Shown: positions 13,185 through 24,844 of the stretch, piece after piece
How positions within the stretch are numbered: position 1 is the stretch's first letter
Layout: the number at the start of each line of letters is the position of its first letter
Source: Paraspadella gotoi
Lineage: Eukaryota; Animalia; Chaetognatha
Assembly: GCA_051294375.1 (NCBI GenBank)
Contig: CM119263.1
Location: 3,187,232-3,251,231 of the forward strand
DNA length: 64,000 nucleotides
Reading direction: 5' to 3'
Made by a program: the position numbers and the translations under genes
The notes under the pieces: model-generated
What the model saw: only the letters and a program-made list of their open reading frames with translations
Told to the model about the DNA's origin: nothing
Database searches by the model: none

Positions 13185-16100
13185 AGAGAGAGAAGATGGA
13201 AATGATGAGAGGGAGAGGGAGTGAATTGAGAGATAAGACGATGAATGCGGAGAATCCGAGGTTAGATTTCGAAAGTTGAATGAGAAGAGAAAAGAGGAAA
13301 ATGTAATACGGAAACAGAAGGTTAACGAATTAAAACTATTGTATTTTCGTAAGTATTGCGCATCTAATTTCTTCTTTTTCGAGGAAAACAAAGTTATTTG
13401 TTTATTCCAAAATAACGGACCATGTTTCGGATCTTAATTCCTCCCCAGTCCTTCACACACCGCTTTGGAATACAAACTACCGAGTTTGTAAACAAACAAA
13501 CTTTGTCGTCTCAATCCAATATAAAGAATGTTTAAACAAAATTTATTTTTAATTTAAATTGAAATTTTTTTTTACGAGATAGAGATTTCGAATTAGAGAA
13601 ACTTTCGGGTTGAGAAGAGAAATTTGAGAGAAATACGCGAAAAGGTGAGTTCACTGTTTGGCCGATTGGGCAGTGAGAGAGGAGGAAAACAAAACGTGTT
13701 GTGAGCTAGCAATTGAAAAGTCAGGGTGAAAATGACCTTCCTGCGTTAATGTGAATAGGGGGGTGAATGTGTGCTGAACGTGAAAGAATCGGAATCAACA
13801 AACACGTGAGACGAAAGATTCACGACGAGACAGCGGACTGAGTGGAATGGAGGCGTGGCCGATGTGAGAGGCCCGGCGCGGGGGGGAGGGCTGGGGAGGT
13901 GAACAGTGAGTCCCGCGCATGGGCGTGCCGATTCTTATATCGGGGAGGAGGGCCGAGATAGATGGGCCGGACGAAAGGACGATGACGACGAACGATGACG
14001 ACGACGATAACGAAGAACGATGGGCGTGGATGACGAAAACAAAAAGACGCAATTTCGGTAGGAAAAGAAGTCGAAAATAAATAACGCGATGTCTAAGGCT
14101 TGCTGGTCGCATATATGAAGATATAGATATAATATAAATATACTATATTCATTTGATAAGATAAGGTAACCTCCCCTGAGCTTAGGATAGGCTATTTTGT
14201 TGAATATATGAAGTATATTTTGTAATTGTATCAGTCCTGTGTCAAAAAAAACGGACACTCTGTCAATACCTTTAAGTGGGCTGCGTTTTACGAAGCATAT
14301 TATAACTTTTATGAAGTGATAAGATGTAGATTTTGAAATAGGAAATCCATATGGTGTATGTTACAAATAACTGTAGTAAAAGACATCGGCTTGACCTTGA
14401 ATTTTTTAATCTAGGTTGGTGCAGTAGCAAACTTAGAAAATATTCCCGAAACTATTTTAAAAATAATTCTCGCTAGTCCTTTTATGACAAAAAATGGGCA
14501 TCTCTACCTGGCCAATGGCTGGGATGGCTTGTGAATACAGGGAGAGGAGGAAGATCGCGGGTGTGACCTCAACCAGACTGAGGACGGAATCTTGCAATTA
14601 ATTCTATTAAAATCATTTACCCCAAAGGGAAATTAGTCCCGAGAACATGTACGGCAGAAATCTATTTCTGATAAGATAAGAAAAGCATGTAAAACAAAAT
14701 GTAATTATTTTATGACAGCGAGGAAGAACTACAAAAAATACAGAACTTACAACCACTTCACAATTAATGCGGAAATTCACGACATTAACCAAAAAAAAAA
14801 AAAAAAATACTCCAAAGACCTATCAAAAATTGTTTTCTTGACAAAACGTGAACCAGCGGATAAAACGAGCAATCTGCCAAAATCGCTTCCTCTGGACAGA
14901 GCGGAAAACTGTGAGAGATTCGTTATCCAGCTAACGAGTGAGACGACGACGACCGCGACAACTCATTCTTTTGAACGTTATCCTAGATTTTCATGTTGTT
15001 CAATGTGTCGAGATTTATGTCCCTTTTTTGAAAAAGGCGTCAAACTTAATTTGACGCGTGAATTATTGTTATTGACCATGAATATTTTTTTCTCAGATTC
15101 ATTATTTTACTAATACTTATGTCCAATTTTCACCATAGCTTTAAAAATCTCCGACTTTTTCTTTTTCTGTCCTCTCTCTCTCTTCCTCTCTCTCGCTCTC
15201 TCTCTCCCATCGTCTGTCTATGTCTTTCGTTTAAATAAAAAAACCAAAAACCGCACACAAACGATATCATACCCCCCAATTTTCATTCATAATCACGGAG
15301 GGACACCGCCTGAAACGTTCGCCTGACGGTTGCGCTCTTCATTTTCCCTTTTGTTGTCCAGAATTTCCCTTTTTTTGATTTCATTCATTTCCCTGGATCA
15401 AATTTTTTATTGTCACGCTTTATATTTTTATCTCGATCTTCTATTTTTTATTTCGCGGTCGACGTGATCGTACATCGATTCCCGTTTCTTTCTCTCTCCT
15501 TTCCCTCTTCTTGACTCTACTTTGATCTCTTGTTACAGTTTTAAATCTTCACTTGTCAGTTGTTCAGTTCTTTAAGTTTTTTTCGCTGTTTGAGTCACTC
15601 TGGATATACTTGCTTTGCTTTAGCATTATTTTATGAATGTTTCTATCCTTAAAGTTGTTATGTTTCATATCACCTAATTTGGTCTTCTTACTTCTCTCTT
15701 TCTTCGTGATTCATTCTTATCGCTCCTCTCCTGCCTCTTTCCCCTCCTCTTCGCCACTCCTTCCTCCTCTGCAACAGACACGGTATGATAGCCTCTCGTT
15801 TACCAGATTTCGCGAGATCTTATCTCTTGCGCTAATTTGGGTATAGAAATAAAGCCAAGCATGTCGGAGCGGCGGCAAAGGCCCAAGAGAGAGCGAAGAG
15901 CGAGCAGAGGCAGCAAAGTGGCGAAAGCGGGGAAAGGCCAACAAAGGAGGGCATAAGCGGGCGCGGAGGACAAGGCGCGAAAAACGGACGAGGTGGCAAA
16001 GGAGGCCGGAACTGGTAGCGCGAAAGGCCGGACAAGGACCTGGTAAAAGGGGCAAAGCGGGGACCAGAATTGATGAAGCCGACTCGGAGGACTGAGACGA

Positions 16101-18011
16101 AGAGGGCAAGGCCAAGCGAGAAATGGAAGGGATGGGCGAGGGCTGAGAGAAGTGACAAGGAGGCAGGGTCAGGGGAATGCGAAGCGAACAAGTGAAAATA
16201 GGAAGGGAAAGCGGTCAGAGTCCGCAAGACTTGGCAAAGGAGAAGGAGGGCGAAGGCTCGCAAAGCGGGCAATTCAGACGAGGCGAACTGGCACACGACG
16301 CCCTGCCTCGGCTGTCACGCTTTTATTTTGAGGAACAAAGAATTTTCCTTTGTTTAAGTTTTGTCGGAATAAAAGTTTGAGAAGAAGAATATTGCATAGC
16401 CATCAGTTTTGTAGTCTTTCAAAATGCAATCGGAGAAAGAGGAGAAGAGAGAGAGAGAGAGAGACGAGAGGAGAGAGAGAGAAGTAGAGAAGAGAGAGAA
16501 GATAGATAGATATTGCCCAGATCTTTTCATCTCGCATCTTACCCAGGAATTAAGAGGCACGCTATTCCCCGATGACAAGTTCTAAAATGAGAATCTGACC
16601 TCGTGGTGAAATTTTGTGACGTATGAATGGAAATAAATGAATGACGTTTTGATATAAAAGAAATATCGCACGAATTCGCTTTCCTATTGATGATATGCTC
16701 TTTGCTTTTCAATTGTCTTCTTAGCTGACGTCAAAAAGATCAGAAAAGTTCCTTCGTATATGAAATGTACCTAATCTGGTCGTTTAAAACAACGATTAGA
16801 TATAGAATAAATAGATAACGTAGTTTGCACAATTTAAGTCAAGTAGCTTCATCGTAGTCTCTCCGTCTCTTCTCTCTCATCTCTCTCTCTCTCTCGTCTA
16901 GACATGAAGATCGACATGGAGACCTCACTTGGCGAGCCAGCTTTAGAAAGAGCAAGTGGTTCGATTAAAGAAAATCTTGCCCCGCCCCCGTAAGGCAGCG
17001 CCGCCTCGCCCGAACTGACAAGAGGAACAAGACCGCGCGCTCCTCGCGACTCTGTGACACCAACGGTCCGTTCTGTTTTGATTATGTTTTTTTGAATTTA
17101 AAAAAAAAAATAGAAGCCATATCAATAAAACATTTTTAAATTTCGGTATAATGGATGATATTCGATAATAGTTTATTAAACTGTTTTACTGTAAATTGAC
17201 TAAGGCAAAAATTAAAAAATAATTAGCGAAGGACTGCAATATGCAGCAATAAGATTAAATTGTAGCTCAAAATATGAATTGTCTGAAACCATAAAAAAAT
17301 TGAATCAGTTTCTTTTGCGATGATCCTTTTATTCACTGTATCTCATTTGTAATAGTGTAAACGCAATTATACAGCGTCTGAAAGGAAAAGAAGTACAACG
17401 ATTTCGTTATAGCAATTATTCACGTGTTCCGGTCGTCGGCGTCTTCGCGTGCGTCGTCCGTCGTCAATCATCGTGTCGTCGTCGTGTGTCGTTTCTCCGA
17501 TCGATTCAAATCTAACAAATTTTTTTTCGAGTCTCCCACTTGAGAGTTAATTTGAAACGTGAGATGACGGGACGTCGTCGAGTTCGCCGAGGTAAATCAG
17601 CGAAATAGAGAGAAGAGCAGAGAGAGAGAGAGAGAAGAGAGAGAGGAGGAGAGGAAGAGAGAGAAGAGAAGAGAAGGATTAATCTGCCTTTTAGGCTTTA
17701 ATTTTCTGACTCTAAAATCGTCCAAGTAAGTTTCGGCAATTGTGATAATAACGTTAAGTTTCAAGGTCTTTGCTTTTCAGCAATATAGAGTTTGATCGAG
17801 GTGGTTTTGAGTTAACAAAAAACGTCTTTAGGAGAAGTTTATTAGAAATTTTCAATTGATTGTGGTAGTGTTTTTCAAGTGTTTAACAATTGATTAAATA
17901 AGAGATTTAAAGAATTAGGAAAAACCAACACTCCATTAAAAAACTCCCTAAGTCCGTTTTTCTGGTGGTGCCCTATCACCAAGATCGATTAAAGCTGTTT
18001 TCTTTCGCAGC

Positions 18012-18079
18012 GCCTCAGTGCATTCAGTGGACTAATGCACCATCCCAAATGTGCGTCCCTGGTTCGAGCCCCTTGAGGT
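18012..18079 (+). promoter_or_regulatory. tRNA-like head (Pol III A-box/B-box) in the 5' LTR
   Basis: GCCTCAG...TGAGGT forms an acceptor-like stem. A-box-like TG(c/g)..CAGTGG and B-box GGTTCGAGCCC are present. The anticodon arm is degenerate, so this is not a functional tRNA. Confidence 0.75.
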
Positions 18080-18241
18080 TTCATGTAGAAAGTGGGATGG
18101 ACCGGGTAACCCGACGTAGCATGGGCCTACCTGCCCAGATCCAAAGCTCTGGACTACATGAACATGCTGTCTCGCTGTCACCAATCACGAGGTGACACAG
18201 GTTTTTGCGGGTGTGGCGCCCTCGTAAAACCAGCCTCTTTA

Positions 18242-18275
18242 TGGTGAGCCCGACGTGATCCGAACAACGCCAACC
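18242..18275 (+). other. Primer-binding site complementary to the tRNA-Trp 3' end, extended to ~32 nt
   Basis: TGGTGAGCCCGACGTGAT matches the canonical tRNA-Trp PBS TGGTGACCCCGACGTGAT at 17 of 18 positions. It continues ccGAACAaCGCcAACC, versus TTGAACACGCAACC expected from the metazoan tRNA-Trp T-arm as I recall it. Confidence 0.85.
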
Positions 18276-18490
18276 CAACCGGCGCATGAATAATACTCCT
18301 CTGCCCTTGAATGTGGTTTTGAGCTAACAGCTTGCCACTCAAAGCAAAGGCCACCAGAATAAAGAAGGAGGTTCATGCGGAGAGACATGCGCTTCATCCC
18401 CCTGCTTCGTACCTCATATGCGAGAGTCCTGGGGGTGGCTGTCTGGTGGTCCTAATCACCAAGATCGATTAAAGCTGTTTCTTCGCAAGC

Positions 18491-18554
18491 GCCTCAGTGC
18501 TCAGTAGACTAATGGCAACCATCCCAATGTGCTCCCTGGTTCGAGCCCTGAGGT
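18491..18554 (+). promoter_or_regulatory. tRNA-like head in the 3' LTR
   Basis: GCCTCAGTGCTCAGTAGACTAATG...CCTGGTTCGAGCCCTGAGGT; second copy of 18012-18079. Confidence 0.75.
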
Positions 18555-18867
18555 TGTCATGTAGAAATGGGATGGACCGGGTAACCGCGCCTGTAGGCAT
18601 GGGCTACTGCCAGAATCCAAAGCTCTGGACTACATGAACATGCTGTCTCGCTGTCACACAACGAGGTGAAACCACCGCTGCGGGTGTGGCGCCCTGTAAA
18701 ACACCTCTTTAGTTTATTAATTTTTTTCATAGTCATTAAATTATATATAATTAACATTAAAAAAAAAATTAAATTTAAAACAAGTATTAAAATTTGTTTT
18801 TAAGTTTTATTTCTTTCAACTTTCCCTTTCCTCTTTTAGTTTCATATTTAGGACATCTATATTCTAT

Positions 18868-18909
<42 letters not shown>

Positions 18910-19058
18910 GAGAGAGAATAAGAAGAGAGAGAGAGAGCGTCCCTGTGTCGTCAATTGACAAAGTCGGAGCGAAGGTGAAGGACAAAAGAAATCGAGAGTT
19001 ATGCAAAGCATGCGAAGGCCAAAAAGCGCAACCCGTCAAACCATCCAGCCTTGAGAGA

Positions 19059-19107
<49 letters not shown>

Positions 19108-19207
19108 TTTTCTCCTCGGTCGAGTTAGATGCAAATTCTTACCCCATTTTAGATATGATGTCCTTTGGTGTCGCGAATTCCCTCTAAAAATGGTGATGAA
19201 GAGGGGC

Positions 19208-19239
<32 letters not shown>

Positions 19240-19554
19240 CCGGCGGCGGCGGCGGCGGCGGCGTCGGCGCGTCGGCGGCGGCGTTTTCGGCGTCGGCCGG
19301 TGTCGCCAGCGGCAGCTACGACGGTTCACCCTCACATTCACTCCATTATGCTCCACCTCCCCTGTGAACACCGAGGCCCCGATGCTTCTCCTCCTTTTCA
19401 CCCTCCTTTCCCATTGAACTCACCAAACTCAAACTTACCCTCACCCTCATTTCTCCCTTCACTCACCCATCTTCCTCTACCTCAGTGAATCAGTTCTTTA
19501 CCCCCGCCCTCTGTCGTTATCCTCCTAGCGGCAAAAAAATAGGGGGGGGGGTAA

Positions 19555-20197
19555 AACGAAGACGACGATGAAGACGATGACGAAGACGACGACGATGAAT
19601 ACAACGATGACGACGACGACGAAAACAACGATGACAAAGACGACGACGAAGACAACGACGATGACGGAGACAACGAAAAAAACGACAATTATGATGAAGA
19701 CGACCAAGACTTAACGACCACAACGAAGACAATGATGAAGATAACGACGAGAAAGACAACAAAGTCAACAATGACGAAGACTACAATGAAGAAAACTATG
19801 ACAATGACGATGACGACAAAGATAATGATGACGAGGACAATGAAGTCAACCACGATGAAGACAACGACGATGACAAAAATAAAGACGACAAAGACGATGA
19901 AGACAACAACGACAATGACGACGTAGAAAACGACGACGACATAGAAAACGACGACAAAGACGATGAAGTCAACAATGACCAAAATGACGACAAAGACAAT
20001 GACGACAAAGACAACGACGACGATGAAGATAATGACGATGAAGATGACGACGACGAAGACAACAACAATGAGAACGACGACGAAGTCAACAATGACGAAG
20101 ACGACGACGACAACGATGACAAGGACGACGAAGAGAACGACGACGAAGACGACAAAGAGAACGATGACGACGACAACGACAACGACGACGATGACGT
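19555..20197 (+). repeat. Degenerate (GAC/AAC/GAT/GAA)n triplet tract, potentially Asp/Asn/Glu-rich coding sequence
   Basis: About 640 bp with A at nearly every middle triplet position. One phase reads NEDDDEDDDEDDDDEYNDDDDDDENNDDKD..., with a few phase slips. Confidence 0.8.
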
Positions 20198-21619
20198 TTC
20201 GACTATTTTTTATGCTTATGCTGCCCTTTGGTGCTTATGGTGCTCATAGTGGGAGGAATCGGCCTTAAGACGACGACGACGACGATGACGACGACGACGT
20301 AACGGAATCGCTGCTTCTTCACCGAGACGAGGATTCACTTCCGAATCTAATGGAATTTCGCCGAATGTGAAAAATCCTAAACGACGGGCTCGGGTGNNNN
20401 NNNNNNNNNNNNNNNNNNNNNNNNNNNNNNNNNNNNNNNNNNNNNNNNNNNNNNNNNNNNNNNNNNNNNNNNNNNNNNNNNNNNNNNNNNNNNNNNNNNN
20501 NNNNNNNNNNNNNNNNNNNNNNNNNNNNNNNNNNNNNNNNNNNNNNNNNNNNNNNNNNNNNNNNNNNNNNNNNNNNNNNNNNNNNNNNNNNNNNNNNNNN
20601 NNNNNNNNNNNNNNNNNNNNNNNNNNNAAAAACTGTATGATATGCAATGTACTGTGCATTGTAATGCAATGCAATGTATGATATGCACTTGCGCCGCTCA
20701 TAAATGAAGTAAGTGTGGTGTTCCTCATTAAAACAGAAGCTTGTCTAAGTAGAAAATATTAAATACTACTTACAAATTAGAAATACTTCAATCTAGACTT
20801 TTGGATTTGGCAAAAAGATCAAATCTGATTCTGGAAAATAGAAGCGACCGCAAATTCCAGCTTCATTTCCAACTCGGGCGGAGGGGGGGACATTGGGGGG
20901 CGCGAGGGGGGACTGAAAAAAGGGGNNNNNNNNNNNNNNNNNNNNNNNNNNNNNNNNNNNNNNNNNNNNNNNNNNNNNNNNNNNNNNNNNNNNNNNNNNN
21001 NNNNNNNNNNNNNNNNNNNNNNNNNNNNNNNNNNNNNNNNNNNNNNNNNNNNNNNNNNNNNNNNNNNNNNNNNNNNNNNNNNNNNNNNNNNNNNNNNNNN
21101 NNNNNNNNNNNNNNNNNNNNNNNNNNNNNNNNNNNNNNNNNNNNNNNNNNNNNNNNNNNNNNNNNNNNNNNNNNNNNNNNNNNNNNNNNNNNNNNNNNNN
21201 NNNNNNNNNNNNNNNNNNNNNNNNNNNNNNNNNNNNNNNNNNNNNNNNNNNNNNNNNNNNNNNNNNNNNNNNNNNNNNNNNNNNNNNNNNNNNNNNNNNN
21301 NNNNNNNNNNNNNNNNNNNNNNNNNNNNNNNNNNGGACGAGGTCCCTCACGCTTACGAAACGGCGCCACCGACGGCGCCACCGACGCCGCGACGCGTTAC
21401 GACTCGTTAAACCTCGTCAAGTCGGATTTTTGGCGGTCGCCGCCGCCGTCCGCCGCCGCAGCCGCCGCAGCCGCCGCAGCCGCCGCCATTTATCTGTTTA
21501 GATGACATGATTGGCGCTAAACGAGGAAAATTGATTCGAACGACGAAAGAAACGAAAAGAGCGAAGAACGAAAATGGGAGGAGGGGACAATGAATTCTTG
21601 ACGGCGTCTTATCGGCAAA

Positions 21620-21622
<3 letters not shown>

Positions 21623-21696
<74 letters not shown>
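21623..21696. repeat. (AG)n microsatellite, representative of many
   Basis: Perfect AG tract. Similar tracts lie at ~8776-8830, 24527-24604, 32552-32630, 36115-36232 and 60268-60327. Confidence 0.95.
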
Positions 21697-21699
<3 letters not shown>

Positions 21700-24524
21700 G
21701 CCGTTACATTAAGGATGATTAATGGGCCCACATCCCATGGGAAAAACGCAGGTAAAATGATTCCGAGTCATTTGGTCTTTTGTTGAAGAAGAAGATTCGT
21801 ACGCCATCTGGAGGTCGAAAATAACGAATCACAACCAGTATCGTGATTAATAAACGTTAGTCAAAATCACGAAATAAGAAATGTGAGGCTTTTTTTTATA
21901 GATAGAGCAAAATATAAAAGACTTCATTTTTAGTTAAAATTAAAAAGATTCAATTTTATTTTACGTTTTAGGACATAGTGAAGATCGAAGCCGAGTTTTT
22001 CTCTTGAATTGCAAAAATGTAAATAATATGACCGGGATAAAATTCCATTCCCTTTTCTAATACTTCAAAGTGGTTTATTTAAAAGTCATTGTATTTTCTT
22101 TTCTTTGCGGATTTCCTAGATGACAGTATTGAAATAAACTCGCGTTCATTAATTTCACTTTGATCTCGAATTTTTCTTACTAAAAATTCCATCCTCCACT
22201 ATATCGTAAAACTTTATATTTTTTGTTCAAAACATCGTCATTTCGAATTGTAATAAACTATCGCTGAGTCTCTCTTTCTCTCNNNNNNNNNNNNNNNNNN
22301 NNNNNNNNNNNNNNNNNNNNNNNNNNNNNNNNNNNNNNNNNNNNNNNNNNNNNNNNNNNNNNNNNNNNNNNNNNNNNNNNNNNNNNNNNNNNNNNNNNNN
22401 NNNNNNNNNNNNNNNNNNNNNNNNNNNNNNNNNNNNNNNNNNNNNNNNNNNNNNNNNNNNNNNNNNNNNNNNNNNNNNNNNNNNNNNNNNNNNNNNNNNN
22501 NNNNNNNNNNNNNNNNNNNNNNNNNNNNNNNCGACGACGACGACGACGACGACGAAGAAGACGACGACGAACTCGATTTTCTCAAGAATACAAAGATGCA
22601 AATGACGTTCTAGTCGCTAGTGCCTCTAGGCCGAAGACGATTTAGTTCTTGATGTTCCTGACATAAGCTGTTAATGAGATAGTAAAGAACGTTGGTGGAG
22701 GGAAAGAGCCTATAAGTCGGGACTTTCGCGCCATTAAGGATTGAAACTCCGGCGTTGCGCGAGCGAGAGATCGCGAGAAGGCGACAGAAGACAGAGAGAG
22801 GCAGCGACGAAGAGACGAGAGAGACTGTGAGACGAGGGAGAGAAGACGGGAGCACCAATGTGGGGAGGGGCAGCCGCAGAGGCCCAGTCTGTACCGGTTC
22901 TTCGTTCTAGTGAGAAAACGAGGACGAGNNNNNNNNNNNNNNNNNNNNNNNNNGGGAGAGAGAGAGAGGGAGAGGAGTGGAGAGAGACTGAGATGGAGAG
23001 AGAGAGAGACACAGAGAGAGAGAGAAGAGGGAGTGATAAAGTATTTATTGAATAATGGTTCCTTTTTTCCTTAAAAACTGGATTACTTAGATCTACATGC
23101 ACGGTCAAAGGAAGGCTTTTATTATTATTAAATTTATGGAAATTAATTTAATTTAAAATCTAATCTTGACGCAAAATATGTGCAAAAATCTTTATCAGTT
23201 TTAGGTTTCCGTTTAATATTTTTTTGCTATACAATTCTACAATTTTACATTGATTTTCACAGCTTAAATTATTGTCATATCTTGATAAATACATTTCCTT
23301 CCAAAAAGCGGAATGACTCGAAGGAAAAAGTCTCTGCCAGAAACGATTCCAATGACAGCAATGACTTTTAAGGGGGAAGCGACATATCATCTTGGAGAAG
23401 AAGCGATGATCAAATTCACTAATAAAACTCGTCCGACGGAAACGATTGAGATTTTTCGCTCACGAGGAATTACTTCTTTGCAGTTTATTTCCCGACCTTT
23501 GGCTTTGGATCGTCCATTTAATCCATTATAAATATAATAAACATATTATAAATCGATGTAGTTTACGTGTTTATAGTAAAGTTTAATGCAAAAATCAACT
23601 TTGTATCCTTTTTAATAAAAACGAAATTATAAAAATAGAAAGAAAACAATTACAATTAATATATTTAAATCCTTTCATCAAAATGTTTCTATCTTTTTTA
23701 ATCAATCCATTTTATCCATAACGCTTCAACTTTCTATTTACAACTCCCTTCCAATGCCTCTAGAATCTCTCCCTCTGAATTCTTTCCCCTTCTTTACCCC
23801 AAGAACCTCCCCCCCCATTCCCTACCCCTCTTTTCCACGTTCCTCTCATCTTTCCAGCTTTTTTAACTCGATGCTCGTAAATCCGCGAGTTGGAAATGAG
23901 AAAAGGGGGAATACTTAGTCTCCTGGACGCCGTCTTGCGTCTCTCGGCTCCTCGGTCGCGACGCGGGACGTAACGGCGTCCCCTTTACCGCGACGTGACG
24001 CGTTTGAGTCCCGCGCTTTACGCTCCCGTCGTCCCGTCGCCCCTTCGGCTAACGGCTACTCGCGAAATCGTTGCTCATTTCCCGCGCATCAGGATTTTCT
24101 TTTTTTTTTCCTTTTTTTTTTTCCTTTCTCCCGCGGCGGCGCTGCGGCGGCCTGACGACGCGGAGTTACCGCTGACGCTGCTTCTGCCGCTGCTGCCGGG
24201 GCGGCGTCGTAAGCGGGAGACGATGACGTTTCATTAAATTCGAAAAGAAAATAGATAAAATAGCGATGAGAGTCGATTCGCGAATTTCATAACCATTTTA
24301 GTTTAGAAAACGCATCCGCGCGGAGGGGGAGTAAGGGTCGATGATGCCCGGCGATTATTACGAGCGGGAATGAGACTCGATTATTAAGTTTAATAACCCG
24401 GGATTCATTGTTCAATTTCGCTGTTTTTAAACGGCGTGCTTTTTAGTTAGTCGCCCGACATGATAAAACATTAAGCCTCTATTGAAATTGTAACTTTCTC
24501 TGAAATATAAACTCGGGATGGAAG

Positions 24525-24609
<85 letters not shown>

Positions 24610-24778
24610 ATTCCCTGGAAAACGAAGAAAAAAAGGGTCTGGATGGATTGGCCCGTTTGCCGGGGATGGGAGGCAATAAACGCTTATTGCACGGTCGTCG
24701 CAAAGTGCTTCGATTTAAGGAAGAAAAAACTTGTTTTCCCGGAGATGAGGTTTCGTTTCCAACGATAGAGAGAGAGAG

Positions 24779-24844
<66 letters not shown>

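Larger units (their letters stand above)
17960..18711 (+). mobile_element. Non-autonomous miniature LTR retrotransposon (TRIM) with tRNA-like sequence in its LTRs (Helenus/TRIMp3-like)
   Basis: Direct repeats at 17960-18241 and 18440-18711; the 3' LTR starts TGTCTGG and both end cctcttta. PBS TGGTGAgCCCGACGTGAT follows the 5' LTR directly. Purine-rich GGGGGTGG precedes the 3' LTR. GTTT is duplicated at 17956-17959 and 18712-18715. Copy A has the empty site (gtctcGTTTattatt, ~10161-10175). Confidence 0.9.
10355..18868 (+). repeat. Copy B of the ~7.5 kb direct duplication, carrying an extra 752-bp LTR element
   Basis: Starts caccggcagggcacgc and ends catctatattctata. It has many scattered single-base insertions typical of uncorrected long reads. 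Confidence 0.93.

Noticed and set aside
307-16578. Numerous SLSLSL/ERERER/TTTMT ORFs in the ORF track
   Set aside because: They are translations of (CT/AG)n and (GAC)n microsatellites or N-gaps, and frames are not conserved between duplicate copies.
18012-18079. Functional tRNA gene
   Set aside because: The anticodon arm is degenerate and the sequence is duplicated as part of both LTRs, so it is treated as a tRNA-derived promoter.
17960-18711. Retrozyme (hammerhead) or twister ribozyme
   Set aside because: No CTGATGA...GAAA core on either strand. The twister-like TAATGCA...GGTTCGAGCCC is better explained as tRNA D/T arms, and PBS, PPT and TSD indicate a TRIM.
20216-23108. ORFs spanning N-gaps and isolated exon-like islands (21.7-24.2 kb)
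   Set aside because: Their length comes from Ns, and I could not assemble a phase-consistent or recognisable protein.
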